DNA from: Thainema sp.
GTDB taxonomy: Bacteria; Cyanobacteriota; Cyanobacteriia; Phormidesmidales; Phormidesmidaceae
Direction: 5' to 3'
Assembly (NCBI GenBank): GCA_052168235.1
Contig: JBQLZK010000002.1
Coordinates: 224,001-288,000, forward strand
DNA length: 64,000 bases
Part shown: positions 41,068 to 50,952 of the stretch, one piece after another
Layout of the letters: each line of letters begins with the position of its first letter
How positions within the stretch are numbered: position 1 is the first letter of the stretch
Notes under the pieces: model-generated
Told to the model about the DNA's origin: nothing
Seen by the model: the letters and a program-made list of their open reading frames with translations, nothing else
Databases searched by the model: none
Program-made: the position numbers and the translations under genes

Positions 41068-41375
41068 CTAATCTATCTTATCTGAGGGTTCAGACGGTAA
41101 TATTCCATCTGCTAACCTGCCAATCATAAGCGGTGCAGAGGCACCAATATTAACTGCAACTATAGCGTTAAGTTCTACATCGCTTCGTAAATAAATACAA
41201 ACAAGACCGCCACCAGAAAAAATCATTAGAATTGTTATTATCCAATAACTTCTAGATTTCAACCAATCTGGCAGCTTTTTGAAACGACGAAATTTATAGA
41301 TCCCAACAAGTTCGCTGACAACACCTCCAAAAAATCCATAAAAAAAAACTCAGCCATCTCTTGCCATTCGGACAT
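41068..41375 (-). pseudogene. Small multi-TM membrane protein with a frameshift in a T9 run
   Basis: ATG 1 nt after the upstream stop; MSEWQEMAEFF then YGFFGGVVSELVG...NIGASAPL continues in another frame across 41340-41348. Confidence 0.7.
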
Positions 41376-41376
41376 T

Positions 41377-42813
41377 TTATAATGCACCTCGCTTATTAGC
41401 AAAACTATTATATATAGTCTTTGAAATAAAGACTCTGAGCAAAGACATTTTCTCTCTATGAGTAACTGGTTTTGAGAAAGAAGTATATAATACGTTTCCC
41501 TCACTATTAGGAACCATAGAGGCTCTAACATAGCGATTTGTATATCTCTCTAAAACAGACTGGACAAGTGATTCGTCTAGATTTGTTTCTGATGCTATCC
41601 CTTTTACAGTTCTAAAATCCCAATCCGGATTATTTACCGCGGCCAAAATTTTACTCTCCACAGCGGTTATATTCTCTACAATCTTACCTTGCCACTCAAA
41701 TATCGGGAATTTTGCATCAGAGGCTCGCTTGATACCAACAATGTATGCAGCTAATAAATACGAAATATTTTCGAGAAATTCAAGATCATTTTCTGTGAAC
41801 TTATGAATATAGCCTGTAAATAAAGATATAGTTCCTACCGATTCACCTTGGATAGCTAAAGGAAAGCATATAAAAGACTTTAACTTTTGTGCATGTATCC
41901 AATCTAGACTATGAAAACGCTTAATCTCTTTATCTATATCATTAATAATGATTGGTTCTTTTTTCTGATACGCCTCTCCAACCAAGTAGCCCTCTATCGA
42001 CCTTGGCTCAAGACCTTTTCCATTAAAAGATATATCCGAAGTGCATGAACGCTCAATGACAAAAAGTTTGTCCCCATGCCCCTCTCTTAAAATGCAGGCT
42101 TTATAGGGTGTTAGTGAACCAACAAATTGATCGGTTATCGATTTATATACTTCGCTCTGAGGAAATTTTCTATTATCAGGATCAGCTAATTTGCGGCTTA
42201 TATTTGCGTATATTCTGCTTTCTTGCTTTTTTCGAATTCGAGAAATTGCTGCTGAGACGTGTGCTCCTAAGACTGTTAACCAGCAGACTTCAGATTCTCT
42301 ATAAATTCCGTTGTTGTTGACGCTGGTACTGTTATAGCTGTATCTCTTGTTCAAAGTTTCTAAGGTTCCAAAAGTTCTATGAGTACCGTTTAGTGGAACT
42401 GAAACACCGCTTTTAAGAACTCCTAATTTTTCTAAATATGCAGAGCCGTATAAAAAATTTTCAATTTCATCTTCGAAGTTATTGATGTAATAAGTCTCTC
42501 CATAAGGAGAGCTAGAGTTAGAACTCCTTGGACGAGCAGCTTTACCCGAAAAGCTTTCTCCTGGCTTATATTCTTCACCCGAAAGCCAGTCGTTATCTAT
42601 AACTTGACCCTCAAAATCATAACCTTTTATTCGAATTCGCTTAAGAGTGTCATCTTTGGAGAACAAGAAAATAGAAATAACCTGAGGGTATAAATCTTTT
42701 TCTATTTTTTCGAATGTTATATCAATAACTTCTTCTAAGGAATCACATCTCAGGAGCCTATTCCCAAATTCTCGAAGCTCATAAACTTCTTCTAACCTTA
42801 TTTCAGCGTGCAT
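41377..42813 (-). CDS. Tandem GAF-domain protein with C-terminal HTH-like segment, AT-rich
   Basis: GESFSGK..SVPL....FGTL...NK and SFICFPL..QGESVGTISLF...FTENDLEFL; C-terminal WDFRTVKGIASETNL. Confidence 0.75.
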   Translation of the reverse strand: MHAEIRLEEVYELREFGNRLLRCDSLEEVIDITFEKIEKDLYPQVISIFLFSKDDTLKRIRIKGYDFEGQVIDNDWLSGEEYKPGESFSGKAARPRSSNSSSPYGETYYINNFEDEIENFLYGSAYLEKLGVLKSGVSVPLNGTHRTFGTLETLNKRYSYNSTSVNNNGIYRESEVCWLTVLGAHVSAAISRIRKKQESRIYANISRKLADPDNRKFPQSEVYKSITDQFVGSLTPYKACILREGHGDKLFVIERSCTSDISFNGKGLEPRSIEGYLVGEAYQKKEPIIINDIDKEIKRFHSLDWIHAQKLKSFICFPLAIQGESVGTISLFTGYIHKFTENDLEFLENISYLLAAYIVGIKRASDAKFPIFEWQGKIVENITAVESKILAAVNNPDWDFRTVKGIASETNLDESLVQSVLERYTNRYVRASMVPNSEGNVLYTSFSKPVTHREKMSLLRVFISKTIYNSFANKRGAL

Positions 42814-43235
42814 AGTTCAAGTTGCTTTATTGCCTAAAGTTTTCTATTACTCTCGATCAAGCCGCTACTTATGCTTGCCCTTACATGCTGCTCAATTATT
42901 TAGAACCAAAATACAACTATAGCATTGAGCAAATATTTGAATTTTGGCTTCGTTCGCATTAAATCATATGGAGGCTTTTGTTTTAAATTTTGTTTTGAAT
43001 TCTTCATGTTTTCTTCTATGCAAAGATTATTGATTGTAGTTGAAAAGGTGTTTGTCACTTCGAAGGCTTTTGCTCCCACAGGTTAAGATGAAATTTTGCT
43101 TTGCCCAAATATTTAGGTTTAGATTACCAATGATCGCATAAAAAGTTTAAGCCCCTCTGGGAAGATCAGAGAGGCTTAGTCGGTGCATTCGAAGTTGTTT
43201 TGAAATGCGTGGGTGAAAGGTTGTAAACGAGAGAG

Positions 43236-43829
43236 TTAAGCGCCTGCGGGAGCAGTAGGAGCGTCGAGTTGGGCCAGAGCATAACGTGCGATCGCAAGGC
43301 TGAGTTGAGCCTTTTCCACGCCAGAGAGTTCTGTCCAAGCCGCGAACCGAACGGAGCGCAGCGCCACTTCCATCTTGGCTTCAGACTCTTGACTCCGCAT
43401 GGCAAATGCCATCGGACGAGCCATAATCTGTAGGTCATCCAGATCCCACTGAGGCAGAATTGACTGTACGCAATGCGCCAGTTGTTCTTCCAGTGGACGA
43501 GCCGATTCAACCAGATCGTGAACCCGCTGGGCAATAGTTTGCAGAAGCGTCTGCGGCATCCGCTCAGCAAATTGTTTTTGGAGCGCTTCTTCCAGCCATG
43601 ATGCCTCGATTTTGGCTGAGAGAGCATGCCACTGCTGAGACAATTCTGTTGCAGATAATTCTTCGCAGAGATAATCTAACTCTGCATCTAAATCTGCAAA
43701 ATAATTATCAGCTTCTGGTGCATTCGGCAACCAAGGATAAGAGCGATCGGCTGTAAATAGACGTTCAATTAGCGCCTTTTCAGCTTCAGTTTGGACGTTG
43801 TTGGAATCAGAGGTGTAGTTGTAAGTCAT
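43236..43829 (-). CDS. Conserved cyanobacterial hypothetical protein (possibly PatU3-like)
   Basis: YPW..., DLQIMARPMAFAMR, W.ELS.VEKAQLSLAIARYAL; AGGAG RBS. Confidence 0.7.
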   Translation of the reverse strand: MTYNYTSDSNNVQTEAEKALIERLFTADRSYPWLPNAPEADNYFADLDAELDYLCEELSATELSQQWHALSAKIEASWLEEALQKQFAERMPQTLLQTIAQRVHDLVESARPLEEQLAHCVQSILPQWDLDDLQIMARPMAFAMRSQESEAKMEVALRSVRFAAWTELSGVEKAQLSLAIARYALAQLDAPTAPAGA

Positions 43830-44141
43830 GTTGCTTCTCCTGAATGCACCGACTAGATCTAACTGTTAATTAATGACCAAGTGACAAAAATAAAAAGAGC
43901 GAGATCTGATCAGAAACCCAATACGTATTTGTTAGTGAAAGGTTCCGGTTGGAACTTAACCGTGTGTTGTATGTCTGTAACTACATCTAGGTTAAGCAGC
44001 GTTCCGTAAATAATCAGCTAAGAAACCCCGATTTTTGTTTATGGCCTAATTTGAGCCATAGCATAGCGTGTCCGAGCCAGTTGGTAAATCGTCTACTCAG
44101 ACGAGTCTATGTTGATCCTGAAGAGGATATTGTTCCCAACC

Positions 44142-45794
44142 TTACTCTTCCTCAACGACGAATTCCCAGACTTTGCCTTGGGAACTACCGAATTTGAGCT
44201 GAGAGCCGGAGGGCAACACCACTTCCTGCCGATGGATACGCTGCCATCCTTTGGCGCTACGGATATAGGTACCGTAGTTGGAAAAGTCGCGGATGAAGTA
44301 GGTGGCCTGACCCTGCGCATTGGTGTTGTTATGGCGGTAAAAGATTTCAGCATGCTGGCGTGACACCCACTGCTCATCGTCAATCACCAGATCGTTTTCC
44401 GGACGCCGCCCGATTTGCATTTGGCCACCGTGAACCGTCCAGACTTTATTGCGATTACCCACCAAGCGCACCCAGGCGCGGCTTGGGCGATGGTTAATCG
44501 AGGTCGGCGAATCGATCGGAATACGGGTGGGCTCGTCCGCTCGTGTAGCTGGCACAACGAGCTGCCCATCAAATTCTGGATGCATGTAAAGAACGGGCAG
44601 CGTCCAGGCAGGGTGATTAAAGCGGTATAAGGTTAACAAATGCTGACGGGCAATCGCCATTGCCTGATCGACGGTGTGTCGTTTGGCCAGCGATTGGGCA
44701 AACACCTGAATAAAGCTGAGTGCTTCTTGATCTGCGATCGCATCTCGCATGCCAACAACCGCTGGCACGCCCTGATGGATTAGCACCTCGGCCAAGCTAC
44801 TGCGCGGAATAGCCTGCTGATTCTCATGACTGCGATCGGGAATCGCTCCCCAGCAGGCGTTAAACACTGCCAGCTTTACCTGACAGCGGGTGAGTACCTG
44901 CGCCAGTTCTGTGCCGTTCAGCGTGGAATTAGCCTGGAGAAACAGCAAGCCGCCATCCGCAGCGGGCATGCCGTGTCCAGCGTAGAAAAAGATGTTGTAT
45001 CGGCCCCGCTCCAGGTATTCCGTTAGCTTAGCCGCTGAGGGTTCAACCAGCGTATCGACCTGGCAGGGCACGGCATTGGTGAAGAACGACTCGCCGGGAA
45101 TTTGGGTGTGATGTTCCAGCAGTTGCTTCAGCATGGAAGCCTCTTGATCCAGGCTGAGCACTGCCGACTGCTGCGCCGTTACGTCTTGATCATGCCCTAG
45201 CACGAGCAGAATCCGCAGTTCTCGGTCAAGCGGACGCGTTTGCAGCGGATCAACGGCACTGGTCAAGCGGCTAAACAGGGTGTTCTGGCTGAGAGAAACG
45301 GCTTGCACACCCGCTTGCGCCTGCATAATCTCCCAGGGCAGAGCGGTCAAATGCGGATCGCGAATATCCAGCCGCAGCCGCATGGGCATTGACTGGCCAA
45401 AAGCAATACCCTGGCTCTTGGCTAAACTATTTTGAATTTCGCCGCTGAAAATCCACTTCCACAGATGAATGCCCAGATTTTGCATCAGCCGCCCTGTGTA
45501 GTTGAGCTGCGGCCCTTCTGCGGCCTCGCTATTGGGCGTTGTTGCCATCACCACCTGCGGCACAAAGGAGGATGGAATGTGAGGCACCTTGGGCAACTCA
45601 CGGGTCGTGAAGATTTCTTGCCATGCTTGTACGGCCTGCATGAGCTCATCGGTCAGGGTGCAGTCGCGCAGCGCATAGCAGTCGCTAAAAGGTGCTTGAG
45701 TGACCCAAATGGCGTAGCGATTTGGCTCACCATCGGTTTGGTGGGAGAGGCAGTCAATGGCTAATTCCAACGTAGGAAAGTCAGTTGGAGACAT
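44142..45794 (-). CDS. CHAT (caspase-fold) domain + FHA domain protein
   Basis: LPWEIM, YAGHG, VFNACWG (His/Cys dyad), GVPAVVGM; FHA IGR..VSRQHA..D.S.YGT. Confidence 0.87.
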   Translation of the reverse strand: MSPTDFPTLELAIDCLSHQTDGEPNRYAIWVTQAPFSDCYALRDCTLTDELMQAVQAWQEIFTTRELPKVPHIPSSFVPQVVMATTPNSEAAEGPQLNYTGRLMQNLGIHLWKWIFSGEIQNSLAKSQGIAFGQSMPMRLRLDIRDPHLTALPWEIMQAQAGVQAVSLSQNTLFSRLTSAVDPLQTRPLDRELRILLVLGHDQDVTAQQSAVLSLDQEASMLKQLLEHHTQIPGESFFTNAVPCQVDTLVEPSAAKLTEYLERGRYNIFFYAGHGMPAADGGLLFLQANSTLNGTELAQVLTRCQVKLAVFNACWGAIPDRSHENQQAIPRSSLAEVLIHQGVPAVVGMRDAIADQEALSFIQVFAQSLAKRHTVDQAMAIARQHLLTLYRFNHPAWTLPVLYMHPEFDGQLVVPATRADEPTRIPIDSPTSINHRPSRAWVRLVGNRNKVWTVHGGQMQIGRRPENDLVIDDEQWVSRQHAEIFYRHNNTNAQGQATYFIRDFSNYGTYIRSAKGWQRIHRQEVVLPSGSQLKFGSSQGKVWEFVVEEE

Positions 45795-45982
45795 TTGGGC
45801 GAATAGCTAATATGAGAATACTGGGCTGATGAGATGGTAGATGATAGTGCTCTATGACAATGCTTTATCAGTGTATCGGGTTCAGTTGTGGGTTGAACGC
45901 GCGATCGCAGAATTACACTGCTCAGATTGCCCAAATTCCCAAATTTATCTACATCTATGCTGTGTGTCAAACAGGAGTTGAA

Positions 45983-46708
45983 TCACGCTTCAGACACAGT
46001 CGCAACTTGGCCAATATCCTCCGGATGTAAATCTGCATGAACCACTTGCCCGTCGCGGAACCAGACAATGCGCTGGGTAAGCCGTGCCACTTCTGGTTCG
46101 TGGGTCACCATCACCACCGTCATGCCGCTGTGGTTGAGTTCGGCAAAGATATCCATCACTTCCTGGGTGGTCTGGGTATCCAGCGCACCCGTCGGTTCAT
46201 CGGCCAATAAGAGAACGGGGCGGTTGACAATGGCACGTGCGATCGCAACTCGCTGCTGCTGTCCACCGGAAAGCTGGCTCGGTTTGTTATCGAGGCGATT
46301 GCCGAGGCCAACTCGGGTGAGCGCTTCAGCGGCGCGTTCTTGCCGTTCGGAGCGAGGCACCCCGGCATAAACCATTGGCAGCATCACGTTTTCGATGGCC
46401 GTGAGCTGGGGCAGCAGGTGAAACTGCTGGAAGACGAAGCCAATTTTTTGATTGCGAATATGCGCCAGTTCCTGGTCGTCCAACTGCGCCACGTCAACGC
46501 CGTCCAGGAAGTAGCGTCCCGCACTGGGTCGATCCAGGCAACCGATTACGTTCATGGCCGTGGACTTACCGGAACCGGACGGCCCCATGATTGAGCAGTA
46601 TTCGCCCGCCGAAACCACTAAGTTGACGTGGAAGAGGGCGCGCACTTCGGTGTTGCCAGAGCCGTAGATCTTTGAGATATCTTCGAGAGAGATGATGGTT
46701 TGAGGCAT
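45983..46708 (-). CDS. ABC exporter ATP-binding subunit (MacB/LolD type)
   Basis: [33 protein letters not shown]. Confidence 0.93.
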   Translation of the reverse strand: MPQTIISLEDISKIYGSGNTEVRALFHVNLVVSAGEYCSIMGPSGSGKSTAMNVIGCLDRPSAGRYFLDGVDVAQLDDQELAHIRNQKIGFVFQQFHLLPQLTAIENVMLPMVYAGVPRSERQERAAEALTRVGLGNRLDNKPSQLSGGQQQRVAIARAIVNRPVLLLADEPTGALDTQTTQEVMDIFAELNHSGMTVVMVTHEPEVARLTQRIVWFRDGQVVHADLHPEDIGQVATVSEA

Positions 46709-47041
46709 GGGAACGTGAAACGCTATATTTTGCAGGTGGTGTTGCTGTTGGCAACGATTATTCCAGGCACGGTCGGTGTGGTTATCTTTGGCTACTATGC
46801 CCTGGTGGATTGGGATGCGTTGCAGGCAGCTTATGTCAACTTCAGAGCTGCGGTGCAGAGTTCCTCACCGTTTGAGACGATTTTTGCAGCCGAGGCTCAG
46901 CAAAATATTCATCGCATTAATCTATTTGCCGATGGCGTATGGACGCTGCTGAGTGCCATTCTAGCCGCCATTGGCTGGCTGGGGCTTTACCTGGGTAGTT
47001 TCGTTGCGGTGCGAAAACGCGATCGCAGATCAATCCATTAA
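46700..47041 (+). CDS. Small 2-TM hypothetical protein on the opposite strand within the exporter cluster
   Basis: Two hydrophobic segments, QNIHRINLFADGVW; start uncertain. Confidence 0.6.
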   Translation: MRHGNVKRYILQVVLLLATIIPGTVGVVIFGYYALVDWDALQAAYVNFRAAVQSSSPFETIFAAEAQQNIHRINLFADGVWTLLSAILAAIGWLGLYLGSFVAVRKRDRRSIH

Positions 47042-47059
47042 TCGATGGGTGCGAGATCT

Positions 47060-47126
47060 GTAGGGGCGGGTTTAGCCGTCAAGTGATGGGTCTCAATCGA
47101 AATGGATCAACAAAACCCGCCCTTAC
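47060..47126. repeat. 67-bp GTAG-type palindromic element
   Basis: gtaggggcgggtttagcc...caaaacccgcccttac; homolog at 54171-54237. Confidence 0.8.
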
Positions 47127-47177
47127 GGGGTGTGAATCACAGAATCGGGATGTGAATCACGGGATATCGACCACCAA

Positions 47178-48398
47178 TTATGCACTTCTCAGCGCCACAA
47201 TCGGGTCGAGCTTAGCGGCCTGTTGCGCTGGGACAACACCAAAGAAGAGGCCGATGCCGCCAGAGACAACAACCGCAACCACGATCGCATTGGTGGAAAC
47301 TCCGGGATTGAACGGTGTCGCCACGCCAATTGCCAAACTGCCGCCCACGCCGATGAAGGTACCCATCAGGCCACCCACGGCAGAGAGAATCACTGCCTCG
47401 ATCAGAAACTGCACCAAAATATCCTGGCTGGATGCCCCAATTGCTTTGCGGAGGCCAATTTCCTGAGTCCGTTCCCGCACGGAAACTAGCATAATGTTCA
47501 TGATGCCGATGCCGCCGACCAGCAGCGAGATACCTGCGATCGCAGCTAGCATAGCGGTCAATGCACCCGTAATCGTCCCCGTAAACTCCAGGAGGTCTTT
47601 CTGGCTGCGGACAGAAAAATCATCTTCATCGGTGATGTTGTGGCGCAGGCGCAGCAGGTTCGTAATCTGAAATTCAGCAGCGCCCATCTTGCTTTCTTCG
47701 GCGACGGAAACGGCCAGATAGGTCAGCTCAACACCATAGGGCGACGTGCGGCCCACAATCCGCTCCGAGAGCGTGGTCAGCGGCACCAACACGGTATCGT
47801 CATAGTTGACGCCGCCCAGAGATGAGCCTTTTTCTTCTAGAACGCCGATTACTTCAAAGCTGACGTTTTTCACGCGAATTCGCTGGCCAACAGCTTCCTG
47901 TTCCTGGAATAGGCGTTCTGCGAGGGAGGAACCCAGAACGGCAACGGGCGCACTGCGGCGCATATCGTCTTCGGTGATAAACTGGCCTCGCTCAACGACA
48001 GTGTTGCGGACGACCGGAAAGCCAGGGGTGGTGCCGACAATCGTTTCGGTGGCGCTGCGGTTACGGTAGGTGATTAGCCCCCGGTCGTTATACTCGGGCG
48101 CAACGCCGCGTATGGAAGCGACCTGGTCTTTAATTGCGATCGCATCTGCTAGCACCAGGGTTTTCGGCACGTTGAACGTGGCCCGCTGGGTTTCCTGATT
48201 ACCGGGCACGACAAAGAGTACATTCGGGCCAAGGCTTTCAATTTCCTGTGCAACGAAATCCTGCGCCCCTTTACCAATGCCGACCATCGCAATCACGGAT
48301 GCGTTGCCGATGATGATACCCAGCATGGTCAGGGTGCTGCGGAGCTTATTGGCGGTGAGGGTCTTAACCGCCATGTTGAGACTTTCGCGGAGATCCAT
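47178..48398 (-). CDS. ABC exporter permease (MacB/FtsX type)
   Basis: NKLRSTLTMLGIIIG, GGIGIMNIMLVSVRERTQEIGLRKAIGA, LDPIVALR. Confidence 0.93.
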   Translation of the reverse strand: MDLRESLNMAVKTLTANKLRSTLTMLGIIIGNASVIAMVGIGKGAQDFVAQEIESLGPNVLFVVPGNQETQRATFNVPKTLVLADAIAIKDQVASIRGVAPEYNDRGLITYRNRSATETIVGTTPGFPVVRNTVVERGQFITEDDMRRSAPVAVLGSSLAERLFQEQEAVGQRIRVKNVSFEVIGVLEEKGSSLGGVNYDDTVLVPLTTLSERIVGRTSPYGVELTYLAVSVAEESKMGAAEFQITNLLRLRHNITDEDDFSVRSQKDLLEFTGTITGALTAMLAAIAGISLLVGGIGIMNIMLVSVRERTQEIGLRKAIGASSQDILVQFLIEAVILSAVGGLMGTFIGVGGSLAIGVATPFNPGVSTNAIVVAVVVSGGIGLFFGVVPAQQAAKLDPIVALRSA

Positions 48399-48484
48399 AG
48401 TTGGGGGAGAGTGAGTGACTTGAACAGTTGGTGAGAGATATGGGTAGAATACTGTAGCGTTAGCGTCATGCACCGCCGCCCAGC

Positions 48485-49870
48485 TTATTCCTCTGCTGCA
48501 TCGTCAGCCGGACGGGTACCAAATTTAAGGTTTTCCAAATCCTGGCCGGGGGGCAAATCGATTAAAACGCGATCGCCTGCTGACACACCTTCAAGAATCT
48601 GGGTTTGCCCATCTACTGTTTGTCCGGTCACAATCGGCTGGAAGCGAATATCTGTCTCATCTTCATTTGGCACCAGTACGCCTTTCTCTCCGTCAATCGT
48701 GACGATGGCAACCGAGGGCACCAGCAGCGCTTCATCCACCGGATCGCCTAAGAAAGTCACGTCCACGTTCATGCCGGAGCGGAGCTGATCTTGGCCTGTT
48801 AGTAAGTCCACCCGCACCTGAAACAGCGTCACGGTTTGCCGCACAATCGCTTCCGGAGCCACGAGGTGAACTTCACCCGTGAACACTGCATCGGGAAAGG
48901 CATCGGCAATAATTTCTACTTTCTGCCCCGGCTGAATCTGGCCGATATCTTCTTCGGGCACTTCGGCAATAATTTCTAGGCCTTGCGCGATCGCAACTAC
49001 AGCGGTCGAAGTGGCAGAACTTGCCTCCGATGCAGAGGTGGTGGGCGTTACAAATGCCCCTTCAGTGGCGTATTTCTGAGTGATAATGCCGTCAAAGGGA
49101 GCGCGAATGTAGGAATCTTCAAGCTGTACTTCTACGGCCTGCTGGCGGGCTTGGGCCTCGGCCAGTTGAGCTTCATTACGGCGAATCGTTTCTTCCCGAC
49201 TGCCGCTTTGGACTAAATTCAGCCGCTCTTGGGCATCTTGCAGCGTCGCCTGTGCCTGAGCGAGACTGGCGCGGGCGCTGTCCGCTTCGTTACGAGCCGC
49301 GTCCAGATCATCTTGTGCGATCGCACCTTCATTCACCAGATACTGACTGCGATTCAGCCGCGATTCAGCTAATTGCACACGGGATTGGGCCGATTCTACC
49401 TGCCCTTGCGCCTGACGCACCCCTGCTTCGGCCTGCGCTACTTCTTGAGGACGGCTACCGGATCGGGCTTCGTCTAACTGGGCCTGGGCTTGGGCCACAG
49501 ATGCTTCCGCTTGTCGCAACTGGGCTTGAATATCCTCGCTTTCCATGCGGGCAACCACTTGGCCTTGGCTGACGCGATCGCCCTGTTCAACGTAGAGTTC
49601 AGCCACTCGACCAGCGGTTTTGGGGCTAATATTGACACTCTGCACGGGCTGCACTGTGCCGCTGGCGGTAATTCTCAGCGTAATCGATTCCGCTTCAACA
49701 GGCACCGTGAGTTCAGTCACATCTAGCGGCTGAGCCTGATTGCGCATGATGGCAATGGTGCCAGCAGTCGTCCCAATTAGGCCAACGGCGACGAGGCCGA
49801 TTATCCAGGGAAGCGGGCGTTTAACTTTGCCAATAAGGGGGAGCTGCATAGTGGAGGACATAAATTGCAA
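48485..49870 (-). CDS. Efflux periplasmic adaptor (MacA/HlyD type)
   Basis: N-terminal TM, ASGTVQP, coiled coil, IRAPFDG. Confidence 0.9.
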   Translation of the reverse strand: MQFMSSTMQLPLIGKVKRPLPWIIGLVAVGLIGTTAGTIAIMRNQAQPLDVTELTVPVEAESITLRITASGTVQPVQSVNISPKTAGRVAELYVEQGDRVSQGQVVARMESEDIQAQLRQAEASVAQAQAQLDEARSGSRPQEVAQAEAGVRQAQGQVESAQSRVQLAESRLNRSQYLVNEGAIAQDDLDAARNEADSARASLAQAQATLQDAQERLNLVQSGSREETIRRNEAQLAEAQARQQAVEVQLEDSYIRAPFDGIITQKYATEGAFVTPTTSASEASSATSTAVVAIAQGLEIIAEVPEEDIGQIQPGQKVEIIADAFPDAVFTGEVHLVAPEAIVRQTVTLFQVRVDLLTGQDQLRSGMNVDVTFLGDPVDEALLVPSVAIVTIDGEKGVLVPNEDETDIRFQPIVTGQTVDGQTQILEGVSAGDRVLIDLPPGQDLENLKFGTRPADDAAEE

Positions 49871-50077
49871 TGGGAAAGATGCACGATCTCGATACGTTTA
49901 TACGGTAACGAGATTTCGCGGTGAAATGGAGCTGAGCAGTACAAATTCCAAACTGACTGGTATGTTAATTATAAAATTTGCGCCCGCTGAAAATCCTGAA
50001 TTGCAGGTAGGGGTTTCATCCCACTGCTAGAAAATTTGAGAGGTTAGGAGTGATGAGGAATGATGGCGCTTTGAGAC

Positions 50078-50710
50078 TTAGAAATCTAAGCCGGAGCGCA
50101 CCTGTTTAACTCGCAACCAGAGGCCAATGGTAATCTGCTTAGCAATCCAGTAGGCCACCGTGATGATCACAAACGTGATAAAGATGACCAGAATGGGTCG
50201 TTTGCTGGTCAGAGTATCCAGTGTGCCCAGTAGGACAGTATCGGGACTGGTCACTAAATCCCAGCTATTGAACCGCAGAAAGCGACCCAGATAAATCCCC
50301 ACAGCGACCAGCGCATGAATCAACAGTTCTGAAACGGTGACGTACTGCTTGGCTCCTTCCTTCACTAAGTAGTGGCTTTGATTCATCACCGATACGACAT
50401 AGGCCTCAAAGCCCGCCAGCATGGCAAAGGCATGTAGCGGCACAAAGATAATTGTCAGCACCCACACCGAATAGCCATCGCGGATCGCGTCCATCAGGTG
50501 AATAATGTCCGTCAGCATGTAGGGCGCGTTGGGCAGAAAGGCGACAAATACGACGTAAGCAATCCACCATAACAGCGATCTCACAATTCGCTTGCGGCGA
50601 AACAGCCAAAAACTGAGTACAAAGGGAATGTAGGCCAAGAACAGATTCCAAAGAATCCAGCCGCTGTGACGATCAAAAATTTCGAGTGAATCCTTCAGAA
50701 TATAATCCAT
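50078..50710 (-). CDS. DUF1361 membrane protein
   Basis: WNLFLAYIP, FLPNAPY.LTD.IHL, GIYLGRFLRFNSWD. Confidence 0.85.
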   Translation of the reverse strand: MDYILKDSLEIFDRHSGWILWNLFLAYIPFVLSFWLFRRKRIVRSLLWWIAYVVFVAFLPNAPYMLTDIIHLMDAIRDGYSVWVLTIIFVPLHAFAMLAGFEAYVVSVMNQSHYLVKEGAKQYVTVSELLIHALVAVGIYLGRFLRFNSWDLVTSPDTVLLGTLDTLTSKRPILVIFITFVIITVAYWIAKQITIGLWLRVKQVRSGLDF

Positions 50711-50952
50711 GCTGTCCTAACCTTTTGTTAAAGTCCTCCTGATCTGTTATGGCACATGGATCTCGTTGACTGCGAGATTTAGTGATTGAAGAATTCAATA
50801 ATTTTTAGAGTCAGGACTGGTAGTGCGGTGGCGTCGCACCATCAGTCCTGACTCCACCTGACTCTAAAAATTGTTCCCGTTTGAGAACTACACAACCTGT
50901 TTTGGGCATGTTGAAGATAGTTCAGCGATAATTCAGCGGAAGGAAAAGTACC

